From positions 12,651 to 76,650 of the IMG/VR virus record IMGVR_UViG_3300045988_129366: 64,000 nucleotides of DNA; one strand, given 5' to 3'. Positions 47,115 to 56,384 of this stretch are shown here, in pieces. Below the pieces are notes generated by a model. It did not search any database, had not been told where the DNA came from, and saw nothing but the letters and a program-made list of their open reading frames with translations. The first letter of the stretch is position 1. Every line of letters starts with the position of its first letter. The stretch comes from a virus. The translations under genes and the position numbers were made by a program.

Positions 47115-47797
47115 TTCCTATTAGCATTCACAACCGCCACGGCTCTGCGGAAGTGCAGCCACCATTTTTCTTTCAATACCCGCTTGCGCAAATCGTGTTC
47201 GCCGATGCGCTGATACTTGCTCGTCCGTGTTTCCACAAGACCCTCCAACGCCGCCGCCTCACTACGCATACGCTTTCCGCAGAAGCCTTGTATCTTCTCC
47301 ACATAGCCATAGGTATCAACCCGCTTGCCGCCCCACCATATACGCCGTTCCTCCATGAATGTGGTGATTGTGTCGGCGTTTGGATCGGCAAGAAAATCCT
47401 CCACTCCCATATTGTAGAAATCCTGCGCCACGGGAAGTATGCAAGAATAGAAATTGCTTCGCGCCCACGCACCCATGCGGATGAACATTTTGCGGATAGG
47501 CTCGTAAATCTTCATAGCCTTTGCCTCTCGCTGGAGAGTTAATTGCCAATCAATCTCATCGAATATGAAGCCATCGCGTATCAGCCCGAAGTTACCGGGA
47601 TAGTTGGTCGTTTCGATATGCTCACGACACAACCCCTCGTCGTGAGAGTGTTGATAGCCGTCCTCTACGCCGAGTTTGTAAACCCGGTCAAAGAGCGTTA
47701 TTAGCTTAGACACATCCTTAGCCTCTATGATAGGTTGCGTAGCCATATCAGTAAATCCTTTCCGCCAGCCACCCTTGCAGATAAGCCGACGCTTCAA
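47111..47797 (-). CDS. hypothetical protein
   Basis: 228-aa ORF. Confidence 0.45.
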   Translation of the reverse strand: MKRRLICKGGWRKGFTDMATQPIIEAKDVSKLITLFDRVYKLGVEDGYQHSHDEGLCREHIETTNYPGNFGLIRDGFIFDEIDWQLTLQREAKAMKIYEPIRKMFIRMGAWARSNFYSCILPVAQDFYNMGVEDFLADPNADTITTFMEERRIWWGGKRVDTYGYVEKIQGFCGKRMRSEAAALEGLVETRTSKYQRIGEHDLRKRVLKEKWWLHFRRAVAVVNANRN

Positions 47798-48113
47798 TAT
47801 CGTTTACGTTAATCCACTCCATAATGCGGTCAACGACGTGCCGCGTTTCGTGAGCTAATATATTGCGGCGCATTGCCTCAGTCTTGCAGGGATAGAGGAT
47901 AACGAGCAACTTCTTCATACGCAGATTGCGGTATGTGTCGCCGCCATTGGTCGCCTCGGTCTTGATAGCGTTGATAACGTCGGCGTAATTATCGCCGTCG
48001 ATATTCAGCTCTTTCAACACCTTTGCCATAGGCTCATCATCCTGCTTGCCCTCAATGTCGGCAAACAGCACCGTATAGTCGTAGATAGGTATTTTAATCC
48101 GTTTCAGCTTCAT
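47748..48113 (-). CDS. hypothetical protein with HExxH motif
   Basis: ILAHETRHVV. Confidence 0.4.
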   Translation of the reverse strand: MKLKRIKIPIYDYTVLFADIEGKQDDEPMAKVLKELNIDGDNYADVINAIKTEATNGGDTYRNLRMKKLLVILYPCKTEAMRRNILAHETRHVVDRIMEWINVNDIEASAYLQGWLAERIY

Positions 48114-48610
48114 TCGCCCTCCTTGTCCTCGTTCAGAATCTCGCGCATCATTTGTTTATCCGCCTCCAAAGCCGCCTTAGCCTCTTTCTTGTTCATCTGC
48201 GACCGCTCTACGACGGATTCCATAAACGCCTGACTCGCCATTTCCTCAGAATCGGTAACGGCTTTTGCCTTTTCTGCGCCCTGCTTCATCAGTCGCTCAT
48301 CACGGGCATTAAAGCACGTCACAAGGTCTTTGGCAAGCGTTTCGTCCTGATAGCACTCCTGCGTCATGCGCCAAAGGAGTATGCAGAACGCCTCCAATTC
48401 GCGCGTGTTGCCTTGATTGATTGCCGCCATGAGGTAGCCGTAGGTATGACACGCGCCTATTTTGTAATCGAACGCTCCATTGTGGGCGTACATCCGCATA
48501 TAGCACTTCTTGATGTCCTTCTCGTTGACGTAGAAGTCAACAATCACTGCTCCGTTGGCAATCTCAATGTGATGCTTCGGGGCGTTTTTTAGTTTAAGTC
48601 TGTTGCTCAT
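48110..48610 (-). CDS. hypothetical protein
   Basis: 166-aa ORF. Confidence 0.45.
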   Translation of the reverse strand: MSNRLKLKNAPKHHIEIANGAVIVDFYVNEKDIKKCYMRMYAHNGAFDYKIGACHTYGYLMAAINQGNTRELEAFCILLWRMTQECYQDETLAKDLVTCFNARDERLMKQGAEKAKAVTDSEEMASQAFMESVVERSQMNKKEAKAALEADKQMMREILNEDKEGE

Positions 48611-50052
48611 TTCAATCTTTCTTTATTTGATTAGGGCGAGAAAACCCACTGTTTCAACCGTGGAATGATAGCCCGTTTTGTTGATATTTTCCTTACTAAT
48701 TGATTGCATATTTGATAATTAATTAGTATCTTTGTGTATGATTTCGTACAAATACAAACTTTATAACTCCAAGCGAAACAAACATCTTTCGGCTTTGCTG
48801 AGAGATGCTTCCTTTGTATGGAATCATTGCCTTGCGTTGCAAAAGCGTTACTATCGGATGTTTGGTAAGTTCATCAACGCTAACCGTCTTAAAACGTATT
48901 TTGCAAAGCGATACAAGATGTGTCGTCTTCACTCGCAGACCGTACAGGAGGTGATTGAACGTCTTGATACCGCCTACAAGCGGTTCTTTGACCATATCGC
49001 CAAGCGACCGCCAAAGTTTAAGCGAGCGAAAGACTTTGCATCCATCGTATTTAAGCAGGGCGGTTACAAGATAGAAGACAACCGTCTTACGGTGAATAAA
49101 ATCGAGAAGACATTCAAGTTCTTTCTCAGCCGACCCTATGACGGAGCGATAAAGCGACTTGTCATCAAGCGAGACACTATCGGAGATTTCTATATCGTGT
49201 TGGTTCTCGACCGCCCCGTGAACACTATCGGAAAGACACATGAAGGTGCATCCGTTGGTGTGGATTTCGGTCTTAAGACCTACATGACGCTCTCCGATGG
49301 CTCTTGTGTTGATAATCCGCGATTCCTCCGCAACGACCTCAGAAGACTCCGCAAGGCATCCCGCAGGCTTTCTCTCGCGAAGAAAGGAAGCCACAACCGT
49401 GAGCGCAGACGCAAGGAATTTGACCGTATTCACCGCGCAATCAGAAACAGGCGTTCCGACTATCAGTGGAAGCTCGCTCACGAACTTTGTAAAAGGTACG
49501 ATACTATCTGCCTTGAAGACCTCAATCTTTCGGGTATGACTCGGATGTGGGGTCAGAAGATGAATGACCTCGCCCATGCGGAGTTTGTCACCAAATTGGA
49601 GTATGTCGCCACCAAATATGGCGTTATCATCCATAAGATTGGCAGATATTTTCCGAGTTCCAAATTGTGTTCTTGCGGTCATGTCAATAAATTGTTAAAG
49701 TTGTCCGACAGGTCTTGGGTGTGTCCTTGCTGTGGTGAGGTTCACGACCGCGACCTTTGGGCATCTCAGAATATTCTTCGGCAGGGCATTGCCGAGTTGG
49801 AGAGCGGTAGTAAGACTTCCAAAGCCAAGCGAGGGAGCAGTCGCGTTCGCATCCAAGAATCCCATTGTCTTTAGACGTGGGAGTATGTCAACATATCTTC
49901 TCATTCTCGCGCAGTCGCAGTCGGGAGTGCAGAGAATATCATAGGCAATCGTCAGTGCGCCTTTGCTATAATAAAGCGACTTTTTACAGCACAAGCCGCT
50001 CAATACACCATAATGCTTACACGCTTTTCTGTACGCCTCGCGCTCCTTGCTC
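48611..50052 (+). mobile_element. IS200/IS605-family tnpB-only insertion (IS1341-like); ends approximate
   Basis: + strand tnpB inside - strand block, flanked by ~120 nt (left) and ~180 nt (right) non-genic DNA with hairpins. Confidence 0.55.
48732..49874 (+). CDS. tnpB: TnpB (OrfB) RNA-guided endonuclease of IS605 family
   Basis: RuvC-I GVDFGLKTYMTLSDG, RuvC-II ICLEDLNLSGM, Zn finger CSCGH...CPCCG, RuvC-III HDRDLWASQNI. Confidence 0.85.
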   Translation: MCMISYKYKLYNSKRNKHLSALLRDASFVWNHCLALQKRYYRMFGKFINANRLKTYFAKRYKMCRLHSQTVQEVIERLDTAYKRFFDHIAKRPPKFKRAKDFASIVFKQGGYKIEDNRLTVNKIEKTFKFFLSRPYDGAIKRLVIKRDTIGDFYIVLVLDRPVNTIGKTHEGASVGVDFGLKTYMTLSDGSCVDNPRFLRNDLRRLRKASRRLSLAKKGSHNRERRRKEFDRIHRAIRNRRSDYQWKLAHELCKRYDTICLEDLNLSGMTRMWGQKMNDLAHAEFVTKLEYVATKYGVIIHKIGRYFPSSKLCSCGHVNKLLKLSDRSWVCPCCGEVHDRDLWASQNILRQGIAELESGSKTSKAKRGSSRVRIQESHCL

Positions 50053-50295
50053 TCAATCATTCTCGCAAAGTTTTTCTACATACAATCCGTTGTCCTCCCG
50101 ATATTTCTTGATTTTCTCAAACATCGTTGAAAACAAATCATCGTCTTGCATAGAATGGGTAGGCATCCATATCGGCATTTTGCCGCACATCATAAAGCCG
50201 TACAGACCGCGCAACTGCATCTTGTATTTCGACAATTCCTCCTGTTGCATCGCGATTGTGTCCGCAAGTTGCTTGATTTTCTCGTCTTGTGTCAT
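50053..50295 (-). CDS. hypothetical protein
   Basis: 80-aa ORF. Confidence 0.4.
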   Translation of the reverse strand: MTQDEKIKQLADTIAMQQEELSKYKMQLRGLYGFMMCGKMPIWMPTHSMQDDDLFSTMFEKIKKYREDNGLYVEKLCEND

Positions 50296-50296
50296 A

Positions 50297-51232
50297 TCAC
50301 TTCCTTTTCAACCCCTCCACAACCGCTTTGGCAACCGAAACGGCATACGCACCAATATCCTTGGGGCGATTATCCATCTTTTTGTTTACTATTTTCAACG
50401 CCACCTCTTTGGCGAGGTCGGCGGCGTATGCGTCCCAATAGCTGTCCGTGAGGTCAACTTCTACGGGGATTTTGATAGTGTGGTTGGGCTTCTCCGACTC
50501 CGTCTGCTCCGTTGGCTCTATCTTGCGCTCAATCATATCGTCATTGATGCCGCCTATGCTTGGGTCTATATCTACTCTGTAAAAGCCGTTATCCTCGACC
50601 GCTGTTATGGTTGCTTCCTTGCTCGCAAACATCACCAGCATCCATCGAAAACTTTTATCCTTTACCTTTTGGAGTTCGTAGATGTTTTTGAACCTTACTC
50701 GGTCTCCAGCCTTAAACTTTGCCTCTTTCGCCTCCGCATCGACCTTGACGAGATACTTGGTCGGGATAGCGATTGGCGCAGAGTAAATAGGGCTATCTTC
50801 TATATCCAACCCTATTATTGCTGCATCGCCATCTACCTCGTGTACGGTGCTTTGATGTTCGGTATAATCAAAAATAGAACCTTTTTGATATACTCTCGGC
50901 GCGTCCTTTGACACCCTCACTGTGTCGCCTTGCTTGATTTCGTTACGGTTCATCTTCAATGCCTCTTTTCTTCGTTCTTCTAATTCTCTTTCCAATTTTT
51001 CAGAGTAAGATTCAACATATATTTCGGGGATTTCGTCAAGCATTACATTCGGGCAATCTACCGCCACTAACCGATATTTACGGTTTCGGTCGGGAGTTGG
51101 CGGGTCATTTTCGGTAATCGCATCAACTCTCCACAGTCTACCATCGGGTACGATATACTTTCCGATAACCTCAAACGCTCTGTTGCCTGTCTTAAACACG
51201 ACAATATCGCCTAACTTGATTTCGTTGCTCAT
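50297..51232 (-). CDS. hypothetical protein with three tandem GD-V-FK-like repeats
   Basis: IKLGDIVVFKTGNRAFEV / IKQGDTVRVSKDAPRVYQ / FKAGDRVRFKNIYELQ. Confidence 0.45.
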   Translation of the reverse strand: MSNEIKLGDIVVFKTGNRAFEVIGKYIVPDGRLWRVDAITENDPPTPDRNRKYRLVAVDCPNVMLDEIPEIYVESYSEKLERELEERRKEALKMNRNEIKQGDTVRVSKDAPRVYQKGSIFDYTEHQSTVHEVDGDAAIIGLDIEDSPIYSAPIAIPTKYLVKVDAEAKEAKFKAGDRVRFKNIYELQKVKDKSFRWMLVMFASKEATITAVEDNGFYRVDIDPSIGGINDDMIERKIEPTEQTESEKPNHTIKIPVEVDLTDSYWDAYAADLAKEVALKIVNKKMDNRPKDIGAYAVSVAKAVVEGLKRK

Positions 51233-51531
51233 ATTGTTCTGTAAATAAGTTTAATCTCGTTTATGTTATAGTTTTCCGTATCATCAACAGCATCGGAAAA
51301 TCTAATCGTGACATTAGGCACGGTATCGCCCCCATAATAGGTGTCTATAATCTTACCATAAGACCCTTTGAGGTGATTTCTCGACATTGTTGTGCATACA
51401 ATATCGCCATTTTGATACTTATTGGCTTTAAGTATCTTCCCAATAACCGCTTGCAATAGAGGCTTGTATCGGAGCGACCCGTATTCGCTTTTCAGTATCT
51501 CTATTTCTGCTTGCGTTAGTTCACTATTCAT
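51229..51531 (-). CDS. hypothetical protein
   Basis: 100-aa ORF. Confidence 0.4.
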   Translation of the reverse strand: MNSELTQAEIEILKSEYGSLRYKPLLQAVIGKILKANKYQNGDIVCTTMSRNHLKGSYGKIIDTYYGGDTVPNVTIRFSDAVDDTENYNINEIKLIYRTI

Positions 51532-51632
51532 TTTTCAAAAAAGGCTCAAACTTTCGCCCGGCTGTGCGAGAACCGGGGTACTTGTCTGAGCTGTTAATAT
51601 CCTTTTCCGAAGCCTCGCACGATTCGTAAGTG

Positions 51633-51680
51633 CAAATATAGTGTAATATTGTCAATTATGCAAGTAATTCTATAATTCAG
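51633..51680 (-). promoter_or_regulatory. Bacteroides-type promoter with conserved upstream motif (copy B)
   Basis: minus strand ctgaattatagaattacTTGcataattgacaatat tacac TAtaTTTG. Confidence 0.5.
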
Positions 51681-53172
51681 ATTTAGATTTTTGCAGACAA
51701 AAACCATAGCCAGTCCCTTGTCTGTGCTTGAAGCAACCCTTTTGCGAAAGCATAGCGGATAAGTCCGTGGGATATTTGCGTTTACTTCCCTCCATTTCAC
51801 AATATGCCGAGTATTCAGCATACAAGTCTTTAAGGCTTCGCCAACAATCCAAATCCTTTTCCCCGACCGCCTCATACTCGTTCTCAGCCCACCATCGGCG
51901 CATATTGTTGCTCCCTGCCATAATTATCTCCTGCGACTTCTTCATATCCTCTCCCATCACAATATCCCCCTTGTTCTTGGCGAAGATGCGGTAGCCCTCC
52001 ACAATCCAATGAAAGATATACATAAGAGCTTCGGGGCGAGTCAGCTTGTAGGTAAGGCTCGTGTCTCTGTCCTCGCCCGTAAACGCCCGTGTGGTCGTAT
52101 GCACCACAAGCCGTCTGCGCTGTCCGCCGTAACTATCATCGTCAGTCTCGGGCATAGTGTTGGCACAGCATAGCAACGGAGGAGCGATCACCTTCACGGG
52201 CTTCTTGTCGTAAGGCACACGCCCCTGGAACTCCCCACCGCTCGCAAACCGCTTAAAGTCACCGCCCGAAAGCTCCTTGCCGTCCATATCGTCTATGAAG
52301 TTGGCTACCTTATTGGCGAGAGCCGCGATATTCACGTTGCGGTCGCTGTCCTTGAACAACTGACGGAACGAAAAGCACGAAAAATACTCCTTGCCAAACA
52401 CCGAGGCTATAACATTCGATACAACGCTCTTGCCGTTTGCTCCGGGGCCAAGCAAAAAGAGCACATAATCAAGTGTAAATTGACTTTTATCGGCGATAAG
52501 TGCGCCACACCATTGCTGAAACACACTCCGGGCGTCCTTATTCGGGATAATCTCGGCGATTTTCTCGTCCCACAGCTTGCAGGGATTACCGAAAGTGCCG
52601 TATTTCTCCGCGCACTCGCGGTAAAGCTCGTCCTTATCCTTATATTCGAGGTCAAGCACGATAGCCGGGCATTGCTCCACAGCGGGCTTCACCGCCTTGC
52701 GCTTCTCCACGTCATACACGAGGTTTCTGAACGCCACATAACGCCGATTCGGGCGATAGAGATATTTGTCGCTGCTCGAAATGGTGTCAAGGCAGCTCAT
52801 CGCGATAGCCTTTGCAGGGTACTCGTCATTGTATTTCTCGCCCAAATCAAGCTCGATAAACGCCCGCTTGAGCAATTCCTTTAAGAAGATCTCTCTGTCC
52901 TCCACACGCACGAAACAAACGCCGTTAAACGCATATATCGCGCTCTTGCTCCCGTCCGAGAGAAAGCGCTTCATCTTGTCCTCGCAAATAAGGTTACGGA
53001 CAATCGCCCTCAATCGGTCAACGCGACCCTGATACACGTTCTTGTCGTATTTGCCGAGACCTCTCAGCTTCCCTCCGTCCTTGCCCTTTGAATAAAGCCG
53101 CTTATACTCCGCCTCCATCGCAGGGCAGAGCCAATCCAAGAGATAGCGATAGATTTGTTCTGAAACTAACAT
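51670..53172 (-). CDS. DNA primase/helicase (D5 / P4-family SF3 helicase)
   Basis: Walker A LLGPGANGKS, 500 aa, phage replication context. Confidence 0.7.
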   Translation of the reverse strand: MLVSEQIYRYLLDWLCPAMEAEYKRLYSKGKDGGKLRGLGKYDKNVYQGRVDRLRAIVRNLICEDKMKRFLSDGSKSAIYAFNGVCFVRVEDREIFLKELLKRAFIELDLGEKYNDEYPAKAIAMSCLDTISSSDKYLYRPNRRYVAFRNLVYDVEKRKAVKPAVEQCPAIVLDLEYKDKDELYRECAEKYGTFGNPCKLWDEKIAEIIPNKDARSVFQQWCGALIADKSQFTLDYVLFLLGPGANGKSVVSNVIASVFGKEYFSCFSFRQLFKDSDRNVNIAALANKVANFIDDMDGKELSGGDFKRFASGGEFQGRVPYDKKPVKVIAPPLLCCANTMPETDDDSYGGQRRRLVVHTTTRAFTGEDRDTSLTYKLTRPEALMYIFHWIVEGYRIFAKNKGDIVMGEDMKKSQEIIMAGSNNMRRWWAENEYEAVGEKDLDCWRSLKDLYAEYSAYCEMEGSKRKYPTDLSAMLSQKGCFKHRQGTGYGFCLQKSKSEL

Positions 53173-53588
53173 AGATTTTCGTAATCGTTAATACAAAGTG
53201 TGCCGTTCACCATATCCTCGGCTATTTCATCACACACGGCATCGTGCATGGCATCTGCCTCCATTTCCATATCGGGTTTATCCAACTCCCAATTTGAGGA
53301 AAATCCAATCCTTTTGGTTACGTCCACATCGTGATATTGGCTATCGTCTGCGAGAAACGCCATTGTTTCAAAATAGCGATTATGTCCGACAGTATCAAAA
53401 GCTACTTTGCCGTGTTTCCAATATTCTTGACGTTGGGCTATCGGCATATAACGTCCAACAGTAGATACTACCACCTTTTGCTCTCCGTATTTCAGCAAGG
53501 TGTTTCTATGATACAGACAGTCAGTGCTGCCAATGAAATGACCGCACCAACCGCGTTCTGTCCGTTTTACTTTTTCGCTCATATTCAC
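53166..53588 (-). CDS. hypothetical protein
   Basis: 140-aa ORF. Confidence 0.4.
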   Translation of the reverse strand: MNMSEKVKRTERGWCGHFIGSTDCLYHRNTLLKYGEQKVVVSTVGRYMPIAQRQEYWKHGKVAFDTVGHNRYFETMAFLADDSQYHDVDVTKRIGFSSNWELDKPDMEMEADAMHDAVCDEIAEDMVNGTLCINDYENLC

Positions 53589-53989
53589 TCCTTTATCAGT
53601 TCAACTCCGCATAGCATATAGTAGAGGCTTTCAAGCTCATGCAGGTATCTCAGTTTTAGTTGATTATAAAACCACCACGGATGTGCCTGCATTACGTTAT
53701 TGTCAATGCGCATCATGTCGCAATACCAGCTATCAAAACCGATAGCCGAACTCATGCCTTTCCTAAACCCCAACTCTTTCAGCAATTCGGGCGTTATCGG
53801 GATAGGCTCAATCGCATTAGATGTAGAAGGCACGTACCCCAAAGACGAGAAGATTTTTGCCTCGTGTTGAATTATTACCTGAAAGACGTTAAACGGCGAC
53901 CTGACGGGTCTTATTCCTACAACGCGCTCACGTTTGCCGTTGACAAGGATGTGTGAGCCAATTGTCAAAGTTTTTACATCTACTGCCAT
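53585..53989 (-). CDS. hypothetical protein
   Basis: 134-aa ORF. Confidence 0.4.
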   Translation of the reverse strand: MAVDVKTLTIGSHILVNGKRERVVGIRPVRSPFNVFQVIIQHEAKIFSSLGYVPSTSNAIEPIPITPELLKELGFRKGMSSAIGFDSWYCDMMRIDNNVMQAHPWWFYNQLKLRYLHELESLYYMLCGVELIKE

Positions 53990-53990
53990 A

Positions 53991-54365
53991 TCACAATATT
54001 GAATATAAATAAGACACTAATGCGCTACCCGCTTCAAACAATATGGGTATGCCAATCAGCAATGCGCCTATCCATGAGAGAGTAGCACTCCAAATCTTGT
54101 TGCTATATGGATTGTTGTGCCCCTCTATTCGGCGAGCGATTAAACCCACTGCAAGCATGAGCAATCCTATCAAGGCAATTACAATGGAAAACGCCAGCGT
54201 TACTTTTGTATTGTGCGCATTTACTACTGCCCCGCAGTCAAGTTGCCATGCTATATATTTATCAACTATACTCATATCATTCCCCCTCCTTGAAAAAATC
54301 CGCGCCGAAGATGCGCTCCATCCATATCCTTGCGGCATAGTTGGCGCATGAGGCACACTCAACAC
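53991..54365 (-). CDS. small two-TM membrane protein
   Basis: TLAFSIVIALIGLLMLAVGLI and WIGALLIGIPILF helices. Confidence 0.4.
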   Translation of the reverse strand: MLSVPHAPTMPQGYGWSASSARIFSRRGNDMSIVDKYIAWQLDCGAVVNAHNTKVTLAFSIVIALIGLLMLAVGLIARRIEGHNNPYSNKIWSATLSWIGALLIGIPILFEAGSALVSYLYSIL

Positions 54366-54579
54366 CTTTGTTCTTGCCGTAGTCCGACATGGCTTGATAG
54401 GCTTTCCTCACCCTCTCTTTCTCTTTGGGGGTGAGACGCGAGGCGAGAGGTAACTGCATAAGTGCCTCCGCTCCGCTGACAAAACAGTCCGTCCAACCGT
54501 CCTTATCATCGCAGGTGTCGCCGTTTATTACCTCGTTGAGATAATATTCGCTCGCTAATTCTTCTATTGTCTTGGTCAT
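54277..54579 (-). CDS. hypothetical protein
   Basis: 100-aa ORF overlapping previous. Confidence 0.35.
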   Translation of the reverse strand: MTKTIEELASEYYLNEVINGDTCDDKDGWTDCFVSGAEALMQLPLASRLTPKEKERVRKAYQAMSDYGKNKGVECASCANYAARIWMERIFGADFFKEGE

Positions 54580-54674
54580 TGTTAATATTATTTAAAGTTT
54601 AATGGTGTTTTATATCGTCTCATTTCCTTAATTGTTATCTTTGCATAGCAAATTATTTCAAAACATCTACCGGC

Positions 54675-55184
54675 ATGAAAGACAACGCTTTGGCTGTTGC
54701 TAATTATTTTGTGGATTTGGCCAAGAGAGACAGAAAGCCAATAACCCTTCTTGGTCTTGTCAAGCGTGTATATATTGCTCACGGCTTCTCTTTGGCGATA
54801 TTCCATAAATCCTTGCTTGACCCTCGCTTTGACAAGGTTGAGGCTTGGAGATATGGCCCGGTTATTCCTTGTGTCTATCATTCTTTCAAACAGTTTCGCG
54901 CCAATCCAATAACTGAAAAGACAGATGTGATGGAGTGGAATGATAGTGATTGTACGCTAACATTCCATGCCCCAGAACTAAAGGATGGGGAAGCGAAGAA
55001 GATAGTCGAAATGGTTTGGAAGCGTTATTCGGGAATGTCCGACAGTCAGCTTGTGACACTAACACATAAGAAAGGAAGCCCATGGGATGTTTGTTATATC
55101 GAAGGGCGAAATAACGAGATTCCTGACGGTGTAACGGAATTGTATTATCGTAAAGTTGTTGAAGCGACCACCACCACCTGCTGA
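54675..55184 (+). CDS. Panacea-domain (DUF4065, SocA/PanA-like) antitoxin-type protein
   Basis: ALAVANYFVDLAK...LGLVKRVYIAHGFSLA...VEAWRYGPVIPCVYHSF matches Panacea hallmarks (ANYF..; KL.K.LY.A; W..GPV.P.VY). Confidence 0.75.
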   Translation: MKDNALAVANYFVDLAKRDRKPITLLGLVKRVYIAHGFSLAIFHKSLLDPRFDKVEAWRYGPVIPCVYHSFKQFRANPITEKTDVMEWNDSDCTLTFHAPELKDGEAKKIVEMVWKRYSGMSDSQLVTLTHKKGSPWDVCYIEGRNNEIPDGVTELYYRKVVEATTTTC

Positions 55185-55185
55185 T

Positions 55186-55545
55186 ATGTCTGACCAGGAA
55201 GATATTCTCAACTGCCTTACAGAGGACACTGCGTCCGAAACGACCGTCAGTGTCGATGGTGAGATTCAGGAAACACAGCTTGAATTTCTGAAAGCAAAAG
55301 TCGAGCGTCTTAAATCCGAAATTAAGGATATTGAGCAAGACCGTCCCGAGCGCAAACGATTCAGCAATTACATATTCGCTTTTATGTGCATTTATGTGCT
55401 TGCGACTATTGTACTGGTTATACTTACTGGTTGCGGCGTACTGACACTCTCTGATACAATTTTGGTTACTCTTCTCACGACCGCACTTGCAGATGTGATT
55501 GGGGTGTTTACATTTGTCGCCAAATACCTTTTTCATCGGAGCTAA
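55186..55545 (+). CDS. small two-TM membrane protein, candidate cognate toxin/effector of Panacea module
   Basis: Starts 1 nt after PanA-like stop; acidic N-terminus, coiled coil, C-terminal helices IFAFMCIYVLATIVLVILTGCGVL and ILVTLLTTALADVIGVFTFVA. Confidence 0.45.
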   Translation: MSDQEDILNCLTEDTASETTVSVDGEIQETQLEFLKAKVERLKSEIKDIEQDRPERKRFSNYIFAFMCIYVLATIVLVILTGCGVLTLSDTILVTLLTTALADVIGVFTFVAKYLFHRS

Positions 55546-55555
55546 CACATTACAT

Positions 55556-55762
55556 TCATATCTTCTCAAATTTCAGCCCGAAACACCAACGGAGCATAAG
55601 CCGCTTGAATCGGGAGATGGGTTTATAGACTGATATTCTGCTCATGGTCGGTTCGTGAACGAGCTGACCTATCGGGTCGGGAAATTTAATTGTATTATAC
55701 CCTGCCGCTTTCCAACCCGCTATGTTTCTTTCTCTTTCTTTGATTTTACTTTGTCCTATCAT
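55556..55762 (-). CDS. hypothetical small protein
   Basis: 68-aa ORF. Confidence 0.3.
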   Translation of the reverse strand: MIGQSKIKERERNIAGWKAAGYNTIKFPDPIGQLVHEPTMSRISVYKPISRFKRLMLRWCFGLKFEKI

Positions 55763-55763
55763 C

Positions 55764-56384
55764 TCACTCTCCTTTCTTTATCAGTTCCAGCGCGGATGCT
55801 ATGCCCTCGCTCAACGCTTGATTATAGTTTGAGTAACGCTTGTTGAGCCTACGCGCTTCTTTGTGTAGATAGACCACATTACAATCATAGACTACCTCAT
55901 TGACTGATTCCAACGTAGGGTAAACGTGTATGTTCCATTTCTCCCGCAGCCACTTCTGGGCGTGATAGAGTAACGGCGCATTGGCAATAACCTTGCCATC
56001 GGGATTGGTGAAACCATTTTGCGATTGGGTCGGGTGGAATACCAATATCTTTAAATCAGGATATTGCCTTTTTGTATCTTCGAGGCATTTGCGTTCCCAT
56101 TCACGGTAAGACGTTGATAACCCCGTTGCGGCAATAAAGCCTGTCGCAACGAGGCTTCCCGGCAATAAAAAAGCATCTTTTGTATTAGGTAATACCTTTA
56201 TCAGTTCGATGAACTTCGCAGCGTCGGGGTAGGCTTTCGCAAACATCCGCTGGAACGCGTCGGGGGCTACGCCGAGCGTTCCTTCCATCGAGGAATCCCC
56301 TACGGTGAACACTGTTCTGCGATTCGTCTTGCGGAACAATTTTCTGTATGCCTTTTTGAAAAGGTCTTTGATTTCCTGTTTCAT
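55764..56384 (-). CDS. hypothetical protein co-transcribed with MTase
   Basis: 206-aa ORF, 4-nt overlap with upstream MTase. Confidence 0.45.
   Translation of the reverse strand: MKQEIKDLFKKAYRKLFRKTNRRTVFTVGDSSMEGTLGVAPDAFQRMFAKAYPDAAKFIELIKVLPNTKDAFLLPGSLVATGFIAATGLSTSYREWERKCLEDTKRQYPDLKILVFHPTQSQNGFTNPDGKVIANAPLLYHAQKWLREKWNIHVYPTLESVNEVVYDCNVVYLHKEARRLNKRYSNYNQALSEGIASALELIKKGE

Noticed and set aside
49695-50060. 121-aa - strand ORF as an intact gene
   Set aside because: Its C-terminal two thirds are antisense to the conserved tnpB 3' end. Either a short gene truncated by the IS insertion or a chance ORF across the IS right end, so not annotated as an intact CDS.
54886-55569. 227-aa - strand ORF overlapping the Panacea/TM pair
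   Set aside because: The + strand ORF has a specific Panacea-domain motif match and a promoter. The antisense ORF has no recognisable features and odd composition.
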